DNA of 64,000 nt, from contig JAZNNR010000018.1 in NCBI GenBank assembly GCA_045580325.1, positions 33,931 to 97,930 on the forward strand, read 5' to 3'. Below are positions 52,723 to 60,594 of the stretch, one piece after another. The notes under the pieces are model-generated. The model had not been told where the DNA came from. It saw nothing but the letters and a program-made list of their open reading frames with translations, and did not search any database. The position numbers and the translations under genes were made by a program. The stretch is from Eubacteriales bacterium. Lineage in GTDB: Bacteria > Bacillota > Clostridia > Oscillospirales > CAG-272. The first letter of the stretch is position 1. Each line of letters opens with the position of its first letter.

Positions 52723-52742
52723 AAAAATATTGTTCGAAGTGA

Positions 52743-53144
52743 TTATCTCTTGCTGAACTGAGGTGCACGACGTGCTGCCTTGAGACCGTACTTCTTTCTT
52801 TCCTTCATACGAGGGTCGCGAGTGAGGAATCCTGCCTTCTTAAGAGGTGCGCGGAATTCATCGCCTGCGAGAAGAAGTGCTCTTGCAATACCGTGGCGAA
52901 TTGCTCCTGCCTGTCCGGAGAAGCCGCCGCCCTTAACGGTGCAAACTACATCGAACTTACCAACTGTGTCGGTAACTCCGAAGGGCTGGTTTATAACCAA
53001 CTTGAGTGTGTCAAGTCCAAAATAATCATCAATGTCGCGTCCGTTGATGGTAACCTTACCGGTGCCGGCGAACAAACGAACTCTTGCAACAGATTTCTTT
53101 CTTCTTCCTGTGCCGTAAAAATACGGCTTTGCGCTTGTATACAT
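52743..53144 (-). CDS. rpsI: 30S ribosomal protein S9
   Basis: 133 aa with [19 protein letters not shown] and a C-terminal [20 protein letters not shown]. Confidence 0.97.
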   Translation of the reverse strand: MYTSAKPYFYGTGRRKKSVARVRLFAGTGKVTINGRDIDDYFGLDTLKLVINQPFGVTDTVGKFDVVCTVKGGGFSGQAGAIRHGIARALLLAGDEFRAPLKKAGFLTRDPRMKERKKYGLKAARRAPQFSKR

Positions 53145-53166
53145 CGTTTTATTCTCCTTTCACCGA

Positions 53167-53595
53167 TTAAAATTCGTAGTTAACGGGCTGCTGTGCCTCG
53201 TTGTTGTGGTTTGCGCCACGATAGATCTTAAGACGTGTGAGGCTCTTTTCGCCGATCGAGTTCTTAGGAAGCATACCCTTAACTGCAAGCTTCATTGCAA
53301 GGTCGGGCTTTTCGTTCATAAGAGTGCGATAGTTTGTAGCCTTGAGTCCGCCGATGTATCCGGAGTGGCGATAGTAGAACTTCTGATCAAGCTTCTTACC
53401 TGTAAGAATAGCCTTTTCAGCGTTTACGATGATTACGTATTCGCCGCAATCAACGTGGGGTGTGTATTCGGGACGGTGCTTACCGTTAAGAATGTTTGCC
53501 GCTGCTGCTGCAGTCTTACCGAGGGGCTTATTTGCCGCATCGATAATGTACCACTTACGCTCAACGGTTTCTTTTTTTGCCATGTAAGTTGACAT
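53167..53595 (-). CDS. rplM: 50S ribosomal protein L13
   Basis: 142 aa with KWYIIDAANKPLGKTA and YYRHSGYIGGLK. Confidence 0.97.
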   Translation of the reverse strand: MSTYMAKKETVERKWYIIDAANKPLGKTAAAAANILNGKHRPEYTPHVDCGEYVIIVNAEKAILTGKKLDQKFYYRHSGYIGGLKATNYRTLMNEKPDLAMKLAVKGMLPKNSIGEKSLTRLKIYRGANHNNEAQQPVNYEF

Positions 53596-53656
53596 TTTGA
53601 GTTACTCCTTAAAATTTATATATATTTTTTACTAACCTAATTTAGACAGCTTTGTG

Positions 53657-53685
53657 ATTATACCATCATTTTCTTTCAATGTCAA
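53657..53685 (-). promoter_or_regulatory. Consensus promoter of rplM-rpsI
   Basis: On the minus strand: TTGACA, 17 nt ending TGg, TATAAT, with AT-rich UP-like sequence upstream. Confidence 0.7.
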
Positions 53686-54045
53686 TAGTTTTTTTAATAT
53701 TTATTTCATCCAAATCAAAAAAACACGCTATAATCTCTTGTTTTCTCGTTTTTTCTCGTTTTTTCTCGCTTTCGCTCTTTATGTCATCACAAAAAGTTAA
53801 CAAATTATTTTTCGCAGTCTACCCAAAATGACAAAATATACGCGCACCTTAGTGCATAATCTATATTTGCAGGGGATATATGGCGGATATACTTAAAGGC
53901 TCGGGCGGGGACGGGAGCTATGGCTTCTGTCATTTTTTTACGAGGCAGCAAAGGCTCGCATAGCATATTCGCCGCCCTGCACGAATAAAGATGTAATGAA
54001 CACGGAGAAACAACAAACGGGAAAATATGAAAGGAAGAAAACAAA

Positions 54046-54996
54046 ATGACCGAGATCTCACAAAAAAAATATCTGCCTGAAGGAAGTCTGCTTGGCAGTA
54101 TAACAAATTTCGAATATCTTTCATCGCAGCGCGGACTTGAACGAGCCATAGCCGACGGGGTAATACTCGAAGCTATCGCAACAAGCTGCGACGCGGCGCG
54201 CGACTTGACAGTTGACCTTGGCTGTATGCGGGGAGTGATCCGCCGAAGCGACGCGGCGCTCGTTCAGGAGGGCGAAAGTGTAAAGGACATCGCCATAATA
54301 TCGCGCGTAGGAAAACCTGTATGCTTCAAGGTGCTTGCTATATGCGAGGACGAAAACGGCAAGCCGTATGCCCTACTCTCACGTAAAAGCGCACAGGAAG
54401 AGTGTATGCGCTCATTTATCAGCGAGCTGATGCCGGGCGACATAATTGACGCTCGGGTAACCCATCTTGAGCATTTCGGAGCTTTTGTGGACATCGGGTG
54501 CGGGATTCCTTCCCTGCTATCGATAGACTGCATATCGGTATCGAGAATATCGCATCCGCGCGACCGTTTTTATGTAGGGATGCCTATACGCGCGGTCATA
54601 AAAAGCATCGACGAGGAAAGCGGCAGAATATTCGTGAGCCACAAGGAGCTTCTCGGCACTTGGGAGGAAAATATAGAAAGGTTCAGCATCGGTCAGACTG
54701 TAATGGGATACGTGCGAAGCGTTGAGGATTACGGAATATTTATCGAGCTGACACCAAATCTTGCAGGACTTGCCGAGTATCACGAGGGCATAAAGGTCGG
54801 AGAATCGGCGGCAGTCTACATAAAAAACATCATTCCCGAGCGAATGAAGATAAAGCTTGTAATAATTGACACCGCAAAATCGCGCGAGGTGCCCGACAAG
54901 CTTGAATATTTTATTCCCGACGAGCTTTGCCATATCGACCTGTGGAGATATTCGCCGAAGGCAAATCAGAGGGTTATTGAAAGCAGATTTTGCTGA
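54046..54996 (+). CDS. S1 RNA-binding domain protein (multiple S1 repeats)
   Basis: 316 aa. S1 signatures GDIIDARVTHLEHFGAFVDIG and GQTVMGYVRSVEDYGIFIELTPNLAGL. Confidence 0.8.
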   Translation: MTEISQKKYLPEGSLLGSITNFEYLSSQRGLERAIADGVILEAIATSCDAARDLTVDLGCMRGVIRRSDAALVQEGESVKDIAIISRVGKPVCFKVLAICEDENGKPYALLSRKSAQEECMRSFISELMPGDIIDARVTHLEHFGAFVDIGCGIPSLLSIDCISVSRISHPRDRFYVGMPIRAVIKSIDEESGRIFVSHKELLGTWEENIERFSIGQTVMGYVRSVEDYGIFIELTPNLAGLAEYHEGIKVGESAAVYIKNIIPERMKIKLVIIDTAKSREVPDKLEYFIPDELCHIDLWRYSPKANQRVIESRFC

Positions 54997-55005
54997 TAAA
55001 AACAG

Positions 55006-55041
55006 AAACGGGAGGCAGATAGCCTCCCGTTTGTTTATTTT
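55006..55041 (+). terminator. Intrinsic terminator after the S1-domain gene
   Basis: AAACGGGAGGC-agata-GCCTCCCGTTT followed by GTTTATTTT. Confidence 0.8.
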
Positions 55042-55084
55042 CGTTTTAAATAAAATTATGATAACGCATCAAGGCGGTGACTCA

Positions 55085-55151
55085 AGGGACTCCGTCCCTT
55101 AAGAAACCCTGCGAGCTTTTGAAAAAGCTCGACCAAAACTTTTCTAAAGTT
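55085..55151 (+). repeat. Three-hairpin intergenic repeat, family E3 copy b
   Basis: AGGGA-ctcc-GTCCCT; GAGCTTTT-ga-AAAAGCTC; AAACTT-ttct-AAAGTTT. Same order as 47650-47727, with different stems. Confidence 0.75.
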
Positions 55152-56032
55152 TAGGTATTATTTATATCATAGATAGCGTCAGCTACCTTTGCAAACTGAA
55201 AGACGTCGAGCGTTTCTCCGCGCACCGTGGGCGAAAATCCGAGCGAAACGACGATTTCAGTGAGCTTTTCCTTATTAAGACCCGAAATCTTTCCGCCGAG
55301 CGCAGAGCCGACTGCATTGACGAGTGTCTTACGTCTTTGCATAAATGCGGCACGGACAACCTCGAAAAAGAGCTTCTCGTCCTTCGGTTTTACTTCCTTT
55401 TCCTTGAAAATATCTATTCTGACAACGCTTGAATCGACCTTCGGTGCGGGAATAAAGCTTCCTGCCGAAACAGATGCGATCTTATAGGGTCTACCGTAAT
55501 ACGCCACAAACGCGCTTATTGCACCGTACTCGTCGCTTCCCGCTTTGGCGACAAGTCTGTCGGCAACCTCTTTTTGCACCATTACGGTAACAGAATCAAG
55601 AGGAAGTCCCGACTCGAGCAGCATAGTTATTATCGGAGTCGTTATGTAATAAGGGAGATTAGCGCAGACACGCACCTCGGCGCAGTCCGAGAAATTCTCT
55701 TCGATTATAGCAGGCAGATCTGCCTTGAGAACGTCCTGACAGATAACGCGCACGTTGTCCTTGCCCTCGAGGGTCTTGCCGAGTATTGCGACCATATCGG
55801 GATCTATTTCGAGCGAAACGACTTTTTTGGCGGCGTCAGCAAGCTCGACTGTCATAACGCCGATTCCCGGTCCGATCTCAAGAATACCGCAGTCCCCCGA
55901 CGCTCCGCTTCCTGCGACTATTTTTTTAACAACGCCCTCGTTAACGAGAAAATTCTGACCGAATTTTTTCTTGAAATCGGTCTGCTCTTCTCCGAGGAGC
56001 GCACGTATCGTAGATATATCGGTAAGCTTCAT
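55151..56032 (-). CDS. rsmA: 16S rRNA (adenine1518/1519-N6)-dimethyltransferase
   Basis: Contains KKFGQNFL, EIGPGIGVMT and NLPYYITTPII. I prefer the start at 56032 (MKLTDIST); the track start at 56062 remains possible. Confidence 0.92.
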   Translation of the reverse strand: MKLTDISTIRALLGEEQTDFKKKFGQNFLVNEGVVKKIVAGSGASGDCGILEIGPGIGVMTVELADAAKKVVSLEIDPDMVAILGKTLEGKDNVRVICQDVLKADLPAIIEENFSDCAEVRVCANLPYYITTPIITMLLESGLPLDSVTVMVQKEVADRLVAKAGSDEYGAISAFVAYYGRPYKIASVSAGSFIPAPKVDSSVVRIDIFKEKEVKPKDEKLFFEVVRAAFMQRRKTLVNAVGSALGGKISGLNKEKLTEIVVSLGFSPTVRGETLDVFQFAKVADAIYDINNT

Positions 56033-56212
56033 TACACCTAAATTTTCCTTTCGGGAAATCATAATTTTACGTTTATCGCTTTATTATATTATAAAAAAAG
56101 TAAAATTGCAAGTTATATTTACAAAAAGGAGATATTTTGCTCTTTATTTTTCAAAAAAATAGAAAAAAGGTCTTGCAAAACTCTCAAAACTATGTTATAA
56201 TTCATTTTGTTC

Positions 56213-56285
56213 GCTGGTATGGCTCAGTTGGTAGAGCAGCTGATTCGTAATCAGCAGGTCGCCGGTTCAAGTCCGGCTACCAGCT
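56213..56285 (+). tRNA. tRNA-Thr (anticodon CGU)
   Basis: Acceptor stem GCTGGTA/TACCAGC, D-loop AGCTCAGTTGGTAGAGC-like, anticodon arm GCTGA-TTCGTAA-TCAGC, T-arm GCCGGTTCAAGTCCGGC. No encoded CCA. Confidence 0.9.
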
Positions 56286-56295
56286 TAACGTAAAA

Positions 56296-56325
56296 AATCC
56301 TGTCGCACAGCGACAGGATTTTTTG
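56296..56325 (+). terminator. Terminator after tRNA-Thr
   Basis: AATCCTGTCG-caca-GCGACAGGATT followed by TTTTT. Confidence 0.8.
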
Positions 56326-56343
56326 TTTTATTAAATAAGCCCC

Positions 56344-56751
56344 TCACTTCATCAGCTCATCGGTAAGTCTGATAATTTCGGGGGCTATTCTTTTCCGCTC
56401 CCTCTTAACGATACGGTTGTAGGTGGGGTAAGCGAAGCTGACAAGGACAATACCCACAGTCCCGACAGGAATCCCGATAAGCATACACACCGAGCTGGCA
56501 AGTCCGATAATTTCTCCGATGTCGGTCATTGCAAGGCTCATTCCTATTCCCATAATAAGTGTACCGACAATACCAAGTACAAGCGAAATAACCGTTGCCT
56601 TTTGCGTAACGGAGGCATCGAGTCTGCGAAGCTCTTCCATCTTATCCTCGGTTTTTTCGGGCTCTGAATATTTCTTTCTGATTGCCTTTATTTCTTCCTG
56701 CTCCTTTGCAGAGTAGGTGAATTCAAACGTTTCTTTGTTTTCCATTTTCAC
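56344..56751 (-). CDS. Small two-TM membrane protein, paralogue of 59533..59898
   Basis: 135 aa. It shares GxGMSLxMTDIG and a C-terminal basic helix with the 121-aa protein. It is the last gene of the two-component operon. Confidence 0.7.
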   Translation of the reverse strand: MKMENKETFEFTYSAKEQEEIKAIRKKYSEPEKTEDKMEELRRLDASVTQKATVISLVLGIVGTLIMGIGMSLAMTDIGEIIGLASSVCMLIGIPVGTVGIVLVSFAYPTYNRIVKRERKRIAPEIIRLTDELMK

Positions 56752-57632
56752 TCCTTGGCTGTCTTTAACAGCTTTATCTTTTTTGTTCCTTGTACTATCA
56801 TATAGATCGCCATAGCGATGATAAACGCCGATATCAGTCCGCCCGACACACCAAGAAAAATGCGGCGGTCTGTTAAAGACATTGTTTCGCTGCCGAAGGT
56901 GGTCAGCATTGTAGATTCAAGTGTTAACATAGACACACACGCCGAGGCAAGACTGACCATTTTAGATGCCGAATACACGGGACTGTTATATTTTCGGTAT
57001 TTTATCGTATTGATTATCGCAACTGTAAGCGAAGTAAACGTATACGCCGCAAGTGCAATCGTCGTGATAACGTGATGATTAAAGGTCCTGTTCCAATATA
57101 CCATAAAGAATATGATCAGCGCAAGTGCCATATTCATCATAAGAAAGACGATACCGCAGGCGCGGTATCTTTTCAGCTCACTGAGCATAAGCTCCCCGGG
57201 TCTGTGCCTACTTGTATGGTGCACCAAAAAGAAGCGCATCACAGCAAGAGAAATATAGTATCCCGCCAGGGAATAGAACCAAAAGGTGTGATGCCAGAAA
57301 CCCATTCCGAGCTGCAACAGTGCGTAGGCTATATTCCAGATCAGCGTTCCGTAGAGAGATACGTTCACCCGAAGTCTTGTATCGTCCTGCCATATCCTCG
57401 CATACTTGTTCTCATTTTTAAAGGCTCTGAAAAAACGGATCAGATAGGGAACCTTAAAGCACCAAACCGTTAGCGTATAAGCTGCAAGAACGTAAGAAAT
57501 GATCGAAACAAGCGAATCTGTTCCTAAAAAGACCATCGAATACACAAGAAATACCGTAGCTATCGGAACAAGGATGATCATAATGGCAATATGGGGAAAC
57601 AGAAGTGATTTTCCGATTTTTTTCCAGTCCAT
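56748..57632 (-). CDS. Polytopic membrane protein of unknown function
   Basis: 294 aa with about 8 hydrophobic segments. A 4-nt overlap with the downstream gene and a 1-nt gap from the kinase gene. Confidence 0.7.
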   Translation of the reverse strand: MDWKKIGKSLLFPHIAIMIILVPIATVFLVYSMVFLGTDSLVSIISYVLAAYTLTVWCFKVPYLIRFFRAFKNENKYARIWQDDTRLRVNVSLYGTLIWNIAYALLQLGMGFWHHTFWFYSLAGYYISLAVMRFFLVHHTSRHRPGELMLSELKRYRACGIVFLMMNMALALIIFFMVYWNRTFNHHVITTIALAAYTFTSLTVAIINTIKYRKYNSPVYSASKMVSLASACVSMLTLESTMLTTFGSETMSLTDRRIFLGVSGGLISAFIIAMAIYMIVQGTKKIKLLKTAKE

Positions 57633-57633
57633 A

Positions 57634-58701
57634 TCAGATCCTCCGTATTCTTACCGTGAAGGCAGAGCCCTTCCCTACCGAGCTTTCCACGTGGATCTCA
57701 CCCTGCATAATATCGATCACTCTTTTTACAAGCGCAAGTCCGAGTCCGTTACCCTGAACAGAATGGGAAGTATCACCCTGATAAAATTTTTCAAATATAT
57801 GCGCTCCGACCTCGGGAGTCATACCGCAGCCCGTGTCGCTCACCTTAACGGTAGCGTGATGCTCGGTTGCGCTGAGAGAGACTGTTACTTTGCCGCCCGA
57901 CGGGGTAAACTTAAACGCGTTCGAGAAGAGGTTATTCCACACGTGGCTTAGCAGTTCTGCGTCTGCTTTTACCCTTACGTTTTCGTCAATTTCGGTTTCA
58001 AGCTCTATATTTGCCTTTTCCCACACGTTTTCATACCGTAAAAGACACTCGCAAAGCTGTTCACCAAGGTCAAATTCGCTCACCTGCGGATAGATCTGCT
58101 GATTTTCAAGACGGTTAAGCTTTAAAATATTTGTCATCATATCTGCCATACGGCGAGAGCTGTCTGTAACACCCTTAGCGTATTCTATTCGCTTTTCATC
58201 ACTCAAATCGGGGCTCTGAAGGAGTGTTCCGTAATTCTGCATTACGGCAAGAGGCGTTTTCATTTCGTGGGATACGTTGGCAATAAAATCTGTGCGCAGG
58301 GTCTCAACACCCCCAAGCTCCTCTACCATTTTGTTGATCGCCATAGCGATCTGATTAAAGCCCTCCATGCCCGAGCTGTGCATAGGCTTTACACGAACGG
58401 AAAAATCGCCTGCCATAATCTTTTCGGTTGCTTCGGTAATTATTTTCGTCGGTCGCTCTACCATTATTTTGCGGCGAATATAGTCTGCAAGCTTGAAAAG
58501 AAAGGTAATCAAGATCACATTCCAAAAGGTAATCTTCGCGGCGGTAGCGATATTGTCGGAAGTCAGCTCAAGTCCCGTTGTTTCGGAGAGTACGCTTACA
58601 AACAGCATCATACAGCAGGATACGATAAATCCAACTGTCAAAAAGAAGAGTAAAAAGCTGCTGACCGAACCCAGTATGCTTCGCAGTGTCATTTTTTTCA
58701 C
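57634..58701 (-). CDS. Sensor histidine kinase (two TM, HAMP, HisKA, HATPase_c)
   Basis: H-box SHEMKTPL, N-box NLFSNAFKF, G-boxes DTGCGM and GLGLALVKRV. Confidence 0.92.
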   Translation of the reverse strand: MKKMTLRSILGSVSSFLLFFLTVGFIVSCCMMLFVSVLSETTGLELTSDNIATAAKITFWNVILITFLFKLADYIRRKIMVERPTKIITEATEKIMAGDFSVRVKPMHSSGMEGFNQIAMAINKMVEELGGVETLRTDFIANVSHEMKTPLAVMQNYGTLLQSPDLSDEKRIEYAKGVTDSSRRMADMMTNILKLNRLENQQIYPQVSEFDLGEQLCECLLRYENVWEKANIELETEIDENVRVKADAELLSHVWNNLFSNAFKFTPSGGKVTVSLSATEHHATVKVSDTGCGMTPEVGAHIFEKFYQGDTSHSVQGNGLGLALVKRVIDIMQGEIHVESSVGKGSAFTVRIRRI

Positions 58702-59369
58702 TTTATCACCGCCTTGTATCCAAGTCCGTGAACAGTCTTTATCTCAAAAGCTTCACAGTCTGCAAGCTTGGCGCGGAGCTTTGTCATATATACGTCGACC
58801 GCTCTCGGTGCGGTCTCGCTGTCGGCATCCCAAAACTCGTCCATAAGCTGTGTTCTTGTAAAGGTTTTCTTCGGGTAGCTGAGCAGCTTATAGAGAATAC
58901 TGAACTCGCGGCTCGTAAGGGCTATTTCCTGATCTCCCAAATAGGCGGTATGCTCATCGGCATCCATATGGAAGTTACCGATTTCAAGCCTTTTAGATGA
59001 TGCAATTTTCGCGCGTCTAAGGAGCGCTCCGATCCTTAAAAAGAGCTCGTCGAGATCAATAGGCTTTACCATATAATCATCTACCCCGATACGAAAGCCT
59101 CTTTGCTTGGAAGCAATATCGTCGCGGGCAGTCATAAAAAGTATCGGAATGTCCTCATTTAGTTCTCTTACGTTGCGGGCAAACTCGAAGCCGTCAATTC
59201 CGGGCATCATAATATCAGAAACGATAAGATCAAACACGTTTTCATAAAGTGCATCGTATGCCTCGCTTGCATTAAGACAGCCTGTCGCCTCATATCCGCT
59301 ATGATTTAAAAAGGAGCAAACCGTTCTGTTTAGTTCTTTATCATCTTCTACAACCAATATCTTAAACAC
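58698..59369 (-). CDS. OmpR-family response regulator
   Basis: Receiver domain (ILVVEDD and DLIVSDIMMPGIDG) plus a winged-helix C-terminus (LTSREFSILYKLLSYPKKTFTRTQL). Confidence 0.95.
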   Translation of the reverse strand: MFKILVVEDDKELNRTVCSFLNHSGYEATGCLNASEAYDALYENVFDLIVSDIMMPGIDGFEFARNVRELNEDIPILFMTARDDIASKQRGFRIGVDDYMVKPIDLDELFLRIGALLRRAKIASSKRLEIGNFHMDADEHTAYLGDQEIALTSREFSILYKLLSYPKKTFTRTQLMDEFWDADSETAPRAVDVYMTKLRAKLADCEAFEIKTVHGLGYKAVIK

Positions 59370-59486
59370 AGCGTTACCTCCGCAAATAACCGTGATTTTT
59401 TATAGTATAGCACTTAAATGTTAAAGTTTTGTTTACGTTTAGGATTTTTTATGAAAAAGATCACTTTCAGTAACAGAAATAGCGTT

Positions 59487-59522
59487 AAAAAGCGAAACGG
59501 CAAAAAGCCGTTTCGCTTTTTT
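59487..59522 (-). terminator. Terminator after the 121-aa membrane protein gene (bidirectional hairpin)
   Basis: AGCGAAACGGC-aaaaa-GCCGTTTCGCT with A/T runs on both sides. Confidence 0.75.
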
Positions 59523-59532
59523 GTATCTTAGC

Positions 59533-59898
59533 TTAACCTTTTATAATCTTGTCGCTGAGAGCGATGATCTTGTCTGCGTACTTTTTGCGGCGCGATGCAA
59601 GGATTCCCTTGTAGATAGGATAGTTGATAATTGTCATAATCAGACCTACAACGCCAACGGCAATACCCGGGATCATGGGATCGCTGATGCCAACCACCGA
59701 GCCTATATCTGTCATAACAAGGCTCATGCCTGCTCCCATAATAATTGCGGAGATACTGCCGAAAAGATATGCGAACACGTTTGCGGGACGCTTCACCTTT
59801 GTATCAAGCTCACGCAGTGCATCAAGCTCGGTAGCTTCCTTTTCCATATACTGTGTGCGGATCTTCTGTGCCATAAACTGCTGATCATTCTTGTTCAT
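59533..59898 (-). CDS. Small two-TM membrane protein, paralogue of 56344..56751
   Basis: 121 aa with the shared core GAGMSLVMTDIGSVVGI. It is transcribed separately, with its own terminator. Confidence 0.7.
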   Translation of the reverse strand: MNKNDQQFMAQKIRTQYMEKEATELDALRELDTKVKRPANVFAYLFGSISAIIMGAGMSLVMTDIGSVVGISDPMIPGIAVGVVGLIMTIINYPIYKGILASRRKKYADKIIALSDKIIKG

Positions 59899-60002
59899 AA
59901 TAAATTACCTCTCTTTGTTTGTTGTTTTTTCTTTTGTGCCCTTATTATATCTGCCGTTTGTTTTTGATTTTTTTGAGAAATGTTTAAGTTTTATTAAAAA
60001 TA

Positions 60003-60041
60003 AAAGATCCTGTCTTTTATTCGACAGGATCTTTGGTTTTT
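60003..60041. terminator. Bidirectional terminator
   Basis: AAAGATCCTGTC-ttttattc-GACAGGATCTTT with T-runs on both strands. Confidence 0.75.
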
Positions 60042-60050
60042 AAAATTCAT

Positions 60051-60239
60051 TTAATAATCGATCGTTACAACAACCTTGTGGCATTTTTCACATCTGTACG
60101 CAGGCGAGCCCGAAGCAAAGAGCTTAATATCGTCTTTTCCTTTAATAATAGTAAATTTATCCTCGTTTTTACTCCACAGAGCTCTTTGACCGTAAAAATA
60201 ACCGAGCTCCATTTCTCTACCGCATTTTGGACATTTCAT
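60051..60239 (-). CDS. Small zinc-ribbon protein (62 aa)
   Basis: CPKCG ... CEKCH cysteine pairs at the two ends of the protein. Confidence 0.6.
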   Translation of the reverse strand: MKCPKCGREMELGYFYGQRALWSKNEDKFTIIKGKDDIKLFASGSPAYRCEKCHKVVVTIDY

Positions 60240-60272
60240 TTTTAAAGCCTCCGTTTCAAAATTTATTTTACA

Positions 60273-60581
60273 TTATTTCTTATCTTTATTTTCCCTTCTA
60301 CGCTTAACAAGCCGCCAGATCGCCCAAGCCACGCCGCAGACCAAGAGGAAAAAAGCGGCACACACGGCAAGTGCGACAAATCCGACACGGTCCCAGCCGT
60401 CAAAAAACAATGACAAGACGGCAAACACAGCAGTCAGCAGTGAAAAGAGATAAACAGGGATAAGGCGCACGTGTCTGCTTTTCACCTTGAAGCAAAGCAG
60501 AAGTTGAATAAGCAGCACGATGACCGCTACAATATAAACAAAAATATCGGTTCTTATTTCAAACGATCCGAAATGAAGCAT
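60273..60581 (-). CDS. Small membrane protein (three TM helices, basic C-terminal tail)
   Basis: 102 aa, hydrophobic, ending with the tail KRRRENKDKK. Confidence 0.6.
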   Translation of the reverse strand: MLHFGSFEIRTDIFVYIVAVIVLLIQLLLCFKVKSRHVRLIPVYLFSLLTAVFAVLSLFFDGWDRVGFVALAVCAAFFLLVCGVAWAIWRLVKRRRENKDKK

Positions 60582-60594
60582 AGCTTTGCCCCTT

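Larger units (their letters stand above)
47771..52742. other. Accessory island 2: promoter-equipped gene cassettes with repeated rpsI 3'-end fragments, inserted downstream of rpsI
   Basis: It is bounded by the trpB terminator and the rpsI stop codon. It holds three E1+promoter modules, three copies of the rpsI tail plus terminator, and a phased repeat array. Parts are AT-rich: one HAD-gene line counted by hand gives about 30 percent G+C, against about 58 percent for one ntpA line. Confidence 0.55.

Noticed and set aside
53860-53990. A possible degenerate E1/CGATAT-like remnant upstream of the S1-domain gene (GGATATATGGCGGATATAC ... GGCAGCAAAGGCTCGC ... CGCCGCCCTGCAC)
   Set aside because: The similarity is patchy and lacks the GCGTCCTCGA core, so it is too weak to call from one window.
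56296-56320. The terminators at 56296-56320 and 60003-60034 share the stem ATCCTGTC/GACAGGAT, which also resembles the GGACAG/CTGTCC stem of E1
   Set aside because: The match is only 8 nt, the loops and flanks are unrelated, and both hairpins are ordinary terminators. It is most likely coincidence.
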